Of a DNA stretch of 64,000 nt, positions 1 to 11,600 are shown one piece after another (the first letter of the stretch is position 1; every line of letters starts with the position of its first letter). The stretch is from Enoplolaimus lenunculus (Eukaryota), in assembly GCA_030248215.1 (NCBI GenBank), contig JASANG010000957.1, forward strand, positions 124,001 to 188,000. The letters are read 5' to 3'. Position numbers and translations under genes: made by a program. Below the pieces are notes generated by a model, which worked only from the letters and a program-made list of their open reading frames with translations, was not told the origin of the DNA and made no database searches.

Positions 1-2118
1 GTATTTTAATTAAATATTACAAACGTATGCGTAGCATCTAATTTCTACATATTGTTCCAAACTAGAATTTGTGCGTATAGAATGTACGTTACATAGCATA
101 TCCTATTTTTTCCAAGTTCTGTGGTCAGTTAGACGTGCTTAATAACATTCATGCTAAAGAATTAATATTCCAGCGGTACGTCTAGTATATTATGAGAGTG
201 AGAAGTTTGTGATTTTGACTAAGCCCGGTATCTTGTATTACGCCTTTATTGAAATAGGTTTAAGAGTGGCAGAGCTACCTACAATGAGAGTCGCACATTC
301 GTGAAACTGTGTTGACTAATTAAGGTTAATAGCCAATATTAATGCACGGGCGTCCGAAGAAAATTATATTTGATGCATGACCGAATAATTTTGTGTGGGG
401 TCGCTACAATTGCAATTTAGATTGTTTACTTTGACACCACGTTGATGGTTGAATTGCGCGTTTTTGCCTTGTATCAAAAGCTTGAGCGATAACGCAAGGT
501 TATACTTTGGAATGTTGCTTTCAAAACTTAAGTACGCTTTAAAGTTTCGAGCTCAACTTCATTTGGTCCTGGAGTCATTTATGCGCTACAATTATTTATA
601 ATTGTATTTATGCGCTCTAATTAGGGTTTAGGGACTCTATCCGCTTCCTTACTCTTATTAGGGATACGGACTCCTATTGATTGGGACTCAAAATGGAGAC
701 CGCCTTTTATTACCCCCTCTTATTCGGGTAACTACAATATAATCATTAACTGATGCATCATCCACATTAAAGAATGTGGCCGTGTGGAAAGTGATGTTTC
801 AATTCCGGAAATTTGCTAATTTCTCAATTAAAATTTTAGCGTGTATTGGAATTGAACATCATTTAATTTCGTTAAATTCAATAGAATGAAGATTTTAAAA
901 TGAAATTAAAGTTCAATTCCAGTACACTACCATTCGTAAAGCGCACTGCTACTGAACTCGGCTGTGTTAACTTAGCACGAGTACAAGAATTGGTCATGAA
1001 CAAAATCGTTAAAATTCTACTGTAAGATAAATTATAAATTAATTTACTCAAGTATATTGAAATAGTATTTTATCTAAAACGACACAGTCTAGAACACGTC
1101 ACTGGTGTGCAAACAGCATTTAGAAATTTGTTTAGTTTTGAATTTCTTAAACTTAGCGTCTTTGTGAATCGTTGTTATGTAATTACGCGTTTCCTGGAAA
1201 ATTTTAATTTCTATCTGAGTAAAACAAGGACTATCGTAACAGCAAATAAAGAATGATACGCTTTAAAGAAAATGCATAAATTATAGAGAATTATATGTGC
1301 GATTTCAGAAAACTTCCATAAATTCAGAAACCTTCCATAATGTGCTATTAATAATATACTATCTGTGTATTCTGTGTATAGGCCACCCACATTGCTCTTC
1401 AACACCTATTATTTAACCCCTTTATACTTTATCCCCTGCAGTTGGTTTCGTATCCTACGCCTAAACATTACAAACTTAAGGATACGCCGATGCCTATTAA
1501 GTATAAAGCCTGGAAACGCTTAATACCTTTGATAAAACTGGAATTATCTGTTATCCAACCATAAACCCCTTTATACTTTATCCCCTGCAGTTGGTTTCGT
1601 AGCGCCGAACAATTGCTGTTTCCGTCACCGCTAAATTTTTATATCAAGTACGGGCCCGTGAATTAATCAAGACCTACGTTTCTCTTAATTGTAATTTTAG
1701 ACACATATGACTCCTTAAAACGTACAATTTTGAACTGTTGAAAGTAACCGATTTACGGAGACGCATTTTTGTCTTTCAAGCATTTCAAAATTATGTGATA
1801 GTTGTCTATTTCAAATCGACCGTGTTCAAGATGTGTCATTTGATATGAATTTTCCCAATTAATTGGAGATGGTCGCAGCCACATCGGCCATGTCTGCCTA
1901 CGCCCTTGACTCAATATAGTTGTTTTCAAGCCGAGAACTAAAGGTTCTTGCGCATAAACAGTGGCGTAGGCAAGAGGAAATACATGGGTATACCCCTTTT
2001 CGAAATTTTAACAGACGAACAATAGGCGCTGCTACAGGTTTGAGAGTAATCTGCTGTATTCTGCATTTCGAAAAATAATGTTATATCTTTCCAAAATGAT
2101 ATTCTGGCTACGTCCCTA

Positions 2119-2554
2119 CTGTGGTGACCCGAATAAGAGGGTTGGGGGTAATAAGAGGGAGGGGTTCCTGTTTTGAGTACCAATCAATCGGAGTCTGTAT
2201 GCTTAATAATAGTCCGTAAGCAGATAGAGTCCCTAAGCTGTAATTAGAGTCCATAAATGTCAATTATTAATAATTGTAGCGCATGAATGACTCCACAACC
2301 AAATAAAGTTGAGTTCGAAACTTTAAAGCGTACTTAAGTTTTGAAAGTACATTCCAAAGTATAACCTTGCATTAGCGCTCAAGCTATTGACACAAAACAA
2401 ATAAACGTTTAATTCCAGATAGTAGTTAGGACCAACTAATAAAAGGCAGCGGACAGCGGATTAAAAATAAAAACAGTCCGTATACAAATAACAGAGGGCA
2501 CCTTTGGAGAAGCCAAATAAACATCAGTCCCCCCTCTTATTCGGATCACTACAG
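2119..2554. mobile_element. ~430-bp Tc1/mariner (Tc2/pogo-like) MITE
   Basis: TA|CTGT(A/G)GTGACCCGAATAAGAGGG TIRs; siblings at ~380-738, 5282-5729, 12621-13049, 14417-14844, 52434-53031, 54154-54474, 61832-62263. Confidence 0.8.
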
Positions 2555-2622
2555 TACTTGTGAAGTTATCCCGAAAATTCTATTTATATGAAATTTAAAA
2601 TTTTTGATTAAGTATGACTTAC

Positions 2623-5600
2623 CGTTAACAAACGAATAAACAATTGCATCGTTCACAGAATCCGGATCTGTCGCTGTAATTGGTCCCGGTTCCACCGGAA
2701 GGATTCCGTTGTTTTCTGGCTAAAATTTATTTTTCAAATTTTTAAAATTAAACTGGTCGTTTGAAAAATGAATCTACGGTAATTCGTCGCTCGCCCGACA
2801 ACCGGTCACCCAACAGTGTCCTAAAGCCTATGAACGCAATGTAAGTATACTTTTAAGCCTAATCCTAAACCAGAGCGTTAGCTTAAGCATGATAGGTAAC
2901 GAATTGTCGAGTCGATGAAATTTCGGATTACAAGTCGTCGCGAGCTGATGCAAGTGTGACTAAAAAGTTTCTACGGGGCTCTGCCTACTACTATAGCTTG
3001 TCGCGTAGTAATTTTTAGTTACACTTACAAGTTATGGTAAACTCCTGCGGGTCGGTCCTAGAATTATTGTACCCCCATAGACTATTGACCCGGTTGCGTG
3101 TCCGTCACTTACCGGCGCTGCTCCGGCTTGCACTCGAGTTTCGTAGAGTACATTTGAGCAGGGTCGAGTCAAATCCTCAGGGCAGTCGGGATGTAAAAAT
3201 CGAGGAGGCTGATCGTTCGAGTCCAACACTTGAACTTCGAGGGTCGTCTGCGCTGTCAGTCGATCGCCTGGAAACGCACCAACGTTGTCCTGAAACAACC
3301 AAATACAACTTAATTTTTACGTAAAGTTGCTCATTGACAAGAGTATACAACTGGGTACATTCTGTGTAATGGAATTTGAACGCAATAGTAACCTCCGTGC
3401 AAAAAATCATTTCTCTCTTCACAAATTTTGGGGTGACAAATTTCACGCAGGCGGCCGAAACAACATTCATCAGCTAAATCCGAGCGGCGTAACTGCCGGG
3501 TCTGTAGGTAAACGAGCCTAGGGGGAGCTCCATCCCCCTGAAGGAATTTTGACTCCATATCACAGATTCAACCTTGCCTGTAAGTCATCGAAAACCCTTG
3601 TATGCCCCTACTGAAATGTGGTTGCACCCCTCTTGTCAAGGTGATCTGGCTAAGGGTCTTGTACTTGCCCGAGTGTATAGAGCTATTTTAAGACCTACCG
3701 GCACCCTGTTACTTTAAGGAGCGTCCCGTTTTTTCGCATGATTGCAATAGACCAAGCATAGATTTTAGACAATTTTTTGCTTAGGCTTTGGCTTTGTTTC
3801 AAACTTAGCTTTGCGCTAAAGTACAAGCCCAAGCTTACACTTAGGCTGCTGCATGCCCGTTGCCAGGTCACCTTGCCGGGGGGGGGGGCAAAAATTTTTC
3901 AGGAGTATTATGCAAGGGTTTTTGTGATTTGCAAGCAATGTTGAAAATTTCACTTAACCCTTTCACTCATAGAGTATACTATGAGCAACTAAATACAATA
4001 ATGTAAGAGCAATACACACACTGTTAGCAGTGTTTAACATCTATAACATATATGCACTGTGCAAAATCTCCACAAGACCTGATAGCCTACTTGAGCTCCA
4101 GCGTCAAGCTCCTATAGCTCAGTGGTCATCGTAAACGACTCCCATCCGTCAGACTGGAGATCGAATCTTACCTTGAAATCACATCTCATACGGAATTGAA
4201 AATATTCATGTGAGAAAGGGTTAATGAAAAAATTCTTACTTAGCATTTATAAATAAAAGCATTAACATTAATCCTAATACTCATTACAGAGAAAACCCTT
4301 ACGATTGCCGCAATTACAAGTCGATAATTTTGTGTTGTTTCGTAGTCCAACTGTTGTCTGAGTACAACGAATCCACTCGATGGATCAGGGATTGCGAAAA
4401 AGTTTTCCGCTCCTGGCTAAAAAATATGATTTTTTAAATTATTTTAAATTTTAAATTTGACAAATTGACTTTATCCAAAAATATATGACACTTGCGGTTC
4501 TTGAGTAGATAATTGACCTGTGTATAACCGCATGGATATGGTTTCCAACCGGGCCCGTATCGAAGGGGGGAGAAGCAGGAGGGGCTCAGCCCCCATGGAA
4601 AGACTTTGGGCAGTCTAGAAAACCTTCAACCTTGCTTGTAAGTGTGAAAACCCTTGTATAGCAACCACTGTATGGCCCTTGTGAAAAATTTTCACCCCCT
4701 GGCCCGTAGCCAGCTCAGTTTGCTCGGCAGGGGCTAAAAATTTCAACCGGGGTATACAAGGTTTTGCATTGAATTACAAGCAACGTTGAAAATTTTCCAG
4801 GCAGCCAAAAATTTTCAAGAGGCTAGGGGCTGAGCCACTCTTGGGCCCTCTTGGGTACGGGACCGGAGGGGTACCGCCGAAATAAGACCGCGTGATACTA
4901 TAAATACAGACAGCGAACGTTCTGTATTAGTATCCCAGTTTATCAGGCATTACCCAGTATTCCAGGTTTTCTTACCCGACCCGCGTTTATTCCCGGTCAT
5001 CAAGTAACTGGGGTGTTGCGTATTGTTGACCCATCCCAAAACTATAATTGTTCCACTCACAGGGCTTCCAACTCCGGGCACAATTTGATATTCGACTTGA
5101 TTGTTTGGGGCAGTCGCATCGTTATCTATGACGCTGATGCCAGTGAAGATCGTTTGACCCACAGGGACTAACTAAAACGTACAAATGAAGTTAAATATTA
5201 AATTTTATAATTAAAGTCTTGAAATTTGTTTTGGTTTGTCCGAAACATAAGCAAATATAAACCTAATAATCCTTTTGCCTACTGTGGTGACCCGAATAAG
5301 AGTGAGGTCTGATATTTATTTGGCCTCTCCAGAGGGTGCCCCCCTTGCCATTCGGTTACGGACTGTAAGTGATTTTTAACCCACGCTCCGCCGCCATTCG
5401 TTACTGATATATCCGGTACTGCAATTATCCGTTGAATTAAACGTATATTTGTCTTGCGTCAATAGCTTGAGCGATAATGCAAGGTTATACGTAGGAATGA
5501 ACTTTCAAAATTTAAGTACGCCTAACAGATTCGAACTCAATTTTATTTGGTCCTGGAGTCATTTATGCACTACAGTTAAGAATAACTGATCTTCATGGAC

Positions 5601-8600
5601 TCTAATTAGGATTTAGGGACTCAATCGGCTTACGGACTCTTATTAGGAATCCGGACTCCTATTGATTGGGACTCAAAAAGGGGGACCCCCTTCTTATTAC
5701 CGCACACCCTCTTATTCGGGTCACTACAGTAAGCCTAACGGTTGGCGACATATTGTCACGTCAGCGACACGTCGGGTGATGAAGTGTCGGTCGATGAGTT
5801 GTCAGGGCGACGAAATGTCGTGATAATTTTGAAGTATGTAACAAACTTAAGCCACTATTTCTTTAGAACGCATCGTAATAAAGTTTGACATACACCGTGG
5901 GAAGAATATATACAGCACGGCAGGGTGTAACCGGATATCCATTTCCGTTTCCAGTGAAAATCGGTGTTTGTTTCCGTTTCTGTTTCCGTTATAGAAATGA
6001 CGGAAATTCTGTCATTCTTACATCCAAAATTAGTTTTAAATCACGTTTCCAAAATTAGTTCTAAATCACGTTTATATCTGGCAATTTTTTATTACAGATA
6101 TGCTGCAATTGTTCGAAATGAAATAACGATTACGGAATGCATTCAAAATCATAAAAATTTCGGTGCATGCGCCCTATGCCTAAAGCCTAAATATTTAGTT
6201 TAAGCCGAACCTGCGCCTAAGTCCAAGCCTAAACCTACGATAAACCCAAGCCTTAATCTTAAATGTGAGTGAATGCGCTTAAGAATCTCCTTGGATATGT
6301 TCGCATATTGCAATTATCAGCTCGCAATTTCTAACCCAAGGAGTATGCGTTATATACAATATTGCGTTATTATAGGAGCCTTATCTGGGCTGGGACTAAG
6401 AATACTTCAAACATTGAAACACAGTCTATATATTAAAGCTGGAACGCCCCACATACGTATTTTGGGCAACGTTCCAACAAAGTCAAAATATGCAAATTAA
6501 CAGAAGTTTACATAGACATTAAACTGTTGTTTCGATTTTCTTTAAGTAAATATTATTGTTTAGATGTTTTGTGTTCTATTAGACAAATGCAGTTTGGTGT
6601 ATCGATATGATATTTACATGTTGTCTTTAGCTATGTTCAAGTTGCGAAGTGTATTTTCCCAATACAGACCGGAATCCCGGTTAAATGTTTCCTTTATTAG
6701 GAATGGATGCAGTACTGAGCCAAGCACCCCATATACATTAAAATGATGATTTTGTTGTCTGAGTTGTAACTTAAGCTATAAAGCTTAAGGCAAGACTTGC
6801 TTAAAAACATATACTCTTGAACATAAGCCAAAACCCAGTATAATAATAGGAGAATTGCACATATATGCAACTACGGATTACTCGTATTCTAAAAAGTATA
6901 CGACGTTCACAATAAAATACATCGGCGTAAATAAAAAAATTAAAATAATAAACAATTCTTACTTCAGAAACTTGAACAAAATATGGCGTTTTCTGAAATG
7001 TCGGTCCGTTGTCGTTAATATCGTCGACAAAAACGCCAATCGGAATTTCATTCTGAAAACATTAAATTTTGTCATCCAATGAGCTGAATTTTGTACTGTG
7101 TATAGCACCTATGACCAGTTGGTAAACACGTTTTTATACAAGAAAACTGCGTTACGTGCCGGTAACCAAGCGGGCCCAGAAGACGGTTCTCAGCCCCTCT
7201 CCCTGGAAATATTATGCCCCCCTCGAAAATTTTCAGCCTTGCTTGTAAGTTACCAAACTCCCTTGTATGCCCCTGCTGAAAAATATTTGGTCCCTGTAAA
7301 AGGTGAGCTGGCTACGGGCCTACTGTATTGCAGCTGCAAACATCTGCGTTGGACGAATTTGTAAAAAATACCGAATTTCAAAGCTGGTCTTTTATTGGTT
7401 TAGAAGTTTTACAAGAACTATCAATAACTGGTAATAGATGCTATACACATCTGAGAATATTGGCACAACGTTGTGTACTTTCGGTTCAAACTTGGTTACA
7501 CAGCAGACAATGGTGGATGCAAACTCTAACAGTGCCACCTTGCTAGAGGGCTAAAATTTTTTCAAGGGTGCATACAAGAGTTTTCGATGACTTAATACAA
7601 GCAAGGTTGAAAATTTTCTGTGGAAATGCAAAAATTATTCCAGGTGGGCTAAGCCTCTTGCCCCTCGCGTGGCTACGTGCACAACCTAGCTATAATTGAC
7701 ATTTGCTCAACAGAACAACTTTAAGAAGTATAAAAGTTTAGTTTTTGCCATTACAGGATACAAAGGGGAGGCGTGGGAGGTTCGCCCCCCATCAGAAATT
7801 TATTTGTGTTAAAATGGTAAGGTCCCCCCTACCTTGCAATTTTTCCCTCAGAAAATGTTTTGAAAAAAGATAAGGTCCCTAATTTTTCCCTCAAAATTGT
7901 TTTTGTGATAAAATATGGTCTTTACCTTACAATTTTTCACATCAGATAATATTTTTGGTGACAAAATGATAACGTTTCTACCTTACAATTTTTGCGCTTC
8001 ATAACATTTGACACCCCCGCCCCCCTTCAGAAATTTCTGGATCCGCCGCTGGCTGTGGCGTTTTATCCGAAATGAACATTGAGCAGTTGTTTCAACAGTT
8101 GAAAACCGTATAAAGTGTAGACTTAAGATAATTTTAAAGGTACCATTGCATTTATATGGAACCTTCAGCGTGCAACCGGAATTACAATTTACCGGAACCG
8201 GAACCGGAATTTGAAAATTTTACCGGAACCGGAACCGGAACCGGAATTTGAAAATTTTACCGGAACCGGAACCGGAACCGGAAAGTGAAAAATGCATTTC
8301 ACCAAAAATTTCATTTTAATCTTATTTTTTGCTCTATTATTTGTGAAATAACCGTAGTCGAACATAGGTATTTATTTTATTTGTTGTATTTTAGATTTTC
8401 ATCATCGACTGAAGTGAAATCCACCATCAATGGCTTATATTCGGAGTACAAGTGGCTTTCAAAAGACATTCCTAAAAATTAACAAAGTTAAGAAAACGGC
8501 CAAATTATAATACCGGAATTTTTAAATCCGGTAAAAATTTACCGGAACCGGAACCGGAACCGGAAGGTGAAAAAATGCCGGAACCGGAACCGGAATTCCG

Positions 8601-11600
8601 GTTGCACCCTGGGAACCTTCAAACTTTTCTCGAGTGTGTACTTTATCTGCATTCAACCGCTGAAACAGCTGTTGACAATTTCAATAGCCAGCTCAACATG
8701 TCATAGGAGCCCAAAACCATTTTACAAGGGCGCTTATTGTAATTCACAGGGTTTTTAATAGCTCGACAAAATTATTGTTTGGGGAGGGGGGTGGCAAAAT
8801 GTATCCAATGGAAGGCAGACCCCCGGGGCCCTTTCCGAGCTACGGGCTTGATCCAAAATGAATAATTTATATGGAAACGTTTTGACATCGTCAGCAGTTG
8901 TTTCAAACGTTGAATAGAGAAGAAATGTATATACTTATAACAAAAATTTGTTAGTCCATTGCAGAGTTAGGGTTACGCTATACTCGCCGCGCATCGCTGG
9001 ATGCCACCGGACGCTACCGCATAAGGCTGGACGCTACCGGATGCCGCCGCACGCTACCGGATGCCGCCGGACGCTACCGGATGCCGCCGGACGCTACCGG
9101 ATGCCGCCAGACGCTACCGGATGTCGCCAGACGCTACCGGATGCCGCCGGACGCTACCGGATGCCGCCGGACGCTACCGGATGCCGCCGGACGCTACCGG
9201 ATGCCGCCGGACGCTACCGGATGCCGCCGGACGCTACCGGATGCCGCCGGACGCTACCGGATGCCGCCGGACGCTACCGGATGCCGCCGGACGCTACCGG
9301 ATGCCGCCGAACGCTACCGGATGCCGCCGGACGCTACCGGATGCCGCCGGACGCCGTCTTGCGGCACGAAAAAATTTATTTATTATAAATTGACACACAC
9401 CATTGGTAGAATTTGCATATGTTTTAGCTATAGCATCGTATGGCAGGCGCACAGCGGCGGTAGGCACAGTAAAGTATAGGACAACCCTTACTTCGAATCG
9501 CAATCCTTGGTCTTCGTAGTTGCATCTGACTTGAAGACTGAGAACATTGTCTGGTAAAGCCTGAAATGAAAAATATAAATCAAAATTTGTGCATTTAAAG
9601 GTTCGGCCCATGTTTAGAACAGGGTCGGAACATTTTCCTGCGGGGCTGTAATAGAGTCAGCTTATGCTTTAGACCAACTGTTTTGCTTAGGCAGAGGTTT
9701 AGGCTTAGGCTTAGGCTTAGGAATAGGCTCATCCTTACGCGTAGGATCATTCTTAAGCTTATGCGTAGGAATACGCGTGTACTACTGTTCCGGCCCTGTT
9801 CTTTGCATGGGCCAAAGTTTCCAATTAAACAAATATGTATATAACTTGGGATTGCTTGTGATTCAATAGCGCGACAAGCTTGAAATTCGATCTGGGTTGA
9901 AATCAATAATTATATAAGATAAGGCTATGCACGGTTCACGTTATAACTGAGGCAACCTGAAACACGATTTGTCACTATTACAATAGCGGGTAACATTTTG
10001 TTTGCACATTGATCCGCTGTCAAATTCAAAAAATTTGAAGTGTCTCCAATTCAGATGTGACAGTCACCGTTGGTACTGTACTATCATATGGCATTCAAAA
10101 TATTGTCTGTCTATTATATGACATGTTTGAAAATGTCTGCAAGGTTGTGGTGAACGATAGCCTGAATGTCCTGTACAATATAATATACTAATATTCAAAG
10201 TATATATTATGTAAAAAAGTTAATATTTTTCCAAAAAAATGAACATTTGATTGTTTCGGGTTTTATGGTTCCTGAACATAGTTTGAAGTGGAATTTATTC
10301 AGTTTCGAGGCCTGCTTGTGGGTACTCCTTTCACCTGGGCATACGGTGATTTTACAAGCGCAAAACCAAACCTTACCGGGTGGGGTCAATTTTTATCCAG
10401 GGGATTAAAGCCCCTCTGTCGCCACTCTGGCTGCGGGTGAGTTTATTTAGCTTCGGTGGTGTTGCATTTGTATGGCTTACTTCTCGATCAATAGGCCGGT
10501 CAATCAATAACTGTTTGCCTTGCAGTTTGAAAAATTGCCCTGGATTACTGACAAGAGACAGCCGAATTTGAGTTAAGTCGCCGAATAAATCTCGTGACAT
10601 ATCAAGAATTAAATTTGGTAACACTGAAAATAAACTTTACTCATTTCAAACGTGTACGAGTGGGATGGTGACGAAAATGTTGTCTGAAAAGCGATTCGCA
10701 GTATGTATAGAAACAGGGCCGGAACAGTAGTATAAGCGTGTTCCTAAACTTAAGCATAAGCCTAAGTGTCAGCGTTAAACCTAAGCCTAAGCCTAAGCGT
10801 AAGAATGAGCCTATACCTATACCTAAGCCTAAGCCTAAGCCTAAGCGTAAGAATGAGCCTATACCTAAACCTAACTCTAAGCCTAGCGAAAGCGTAAGAA
10901 TGAGCATATACCTAAGCCTAAGCCTAAGCCTAAGCCTAAGCGTAAGAATGAGCCTATACCTAAGCCTAAGCCTAAGCCTAAGCCTAAGCGGAAGAATGAG
11001 CATATTCCTATACCTAAGCCTAAGCCTAAGCCTAAGCGTAAGAATGAGCCTATACATAAACCCAAGCCTAAGCCTAAGCCAAAGCGTAAGAATGAGCATA
11101 TACCTAAGCCTAAGCCTAAACTTAAGCAAAAAAGTTTGTCTAAAGCTTAAGCTGACTCTATTACAGTACCGCCGAAAAACGTTCCGGTCCTGTTCCATAC
11201 ATGGGCCAATGTTTCAAAACGCTTGTTTGCAAATCAAAATACTTTCATAACAAAAATGGTTTAAGTAGCAGAACACTGCTGAGTAACTTAATAGTTTTTT
11301 TAGCGTAAAATGTTATTTTAGCATCAATGTAAACACTATTTTTTTCGAAATGCGGGCATATATAAAGATCAGGGGCGGAACGTTTTTTGTGGGACTAGAA
11401 TAGAGTAAGCTTAAAAGCTTTTAGACTAATTTTTTTGCTTGGCTTAGATTTAGGTTTAGGCTTCGGCATAGGAATATGCTCATTCTTACGCTTAGGCTTA
11501 GACTTAGGCTTAGACTTCGGCATAGGAATATGCTCATTCTTACGCTTAGGCTTAGACTTAGGCTTCGGCATAGGAATATGCTCATTCTTACGCTTAGGCT

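Noticed and set aside
1415..1601. 37-bp direct repeat about 150 bp apart
   Set aside because: No LTR (TG..CA), TIR or TSD features recognised; probably a local duplication.
4108..4178. Functional tRNA gene
   Set aside because: Acceptor and anticodon stems do not pair properly and the second copy differs at the anticodon; kept only as a tRNA-derived module.
8948..9479. Three overlapping ORFs with (MPPDATGCRRTLPDAAGRYR)n
   Set aside because: Translation of a stop-free 20-bp minisatellite inside an intronic MITE.
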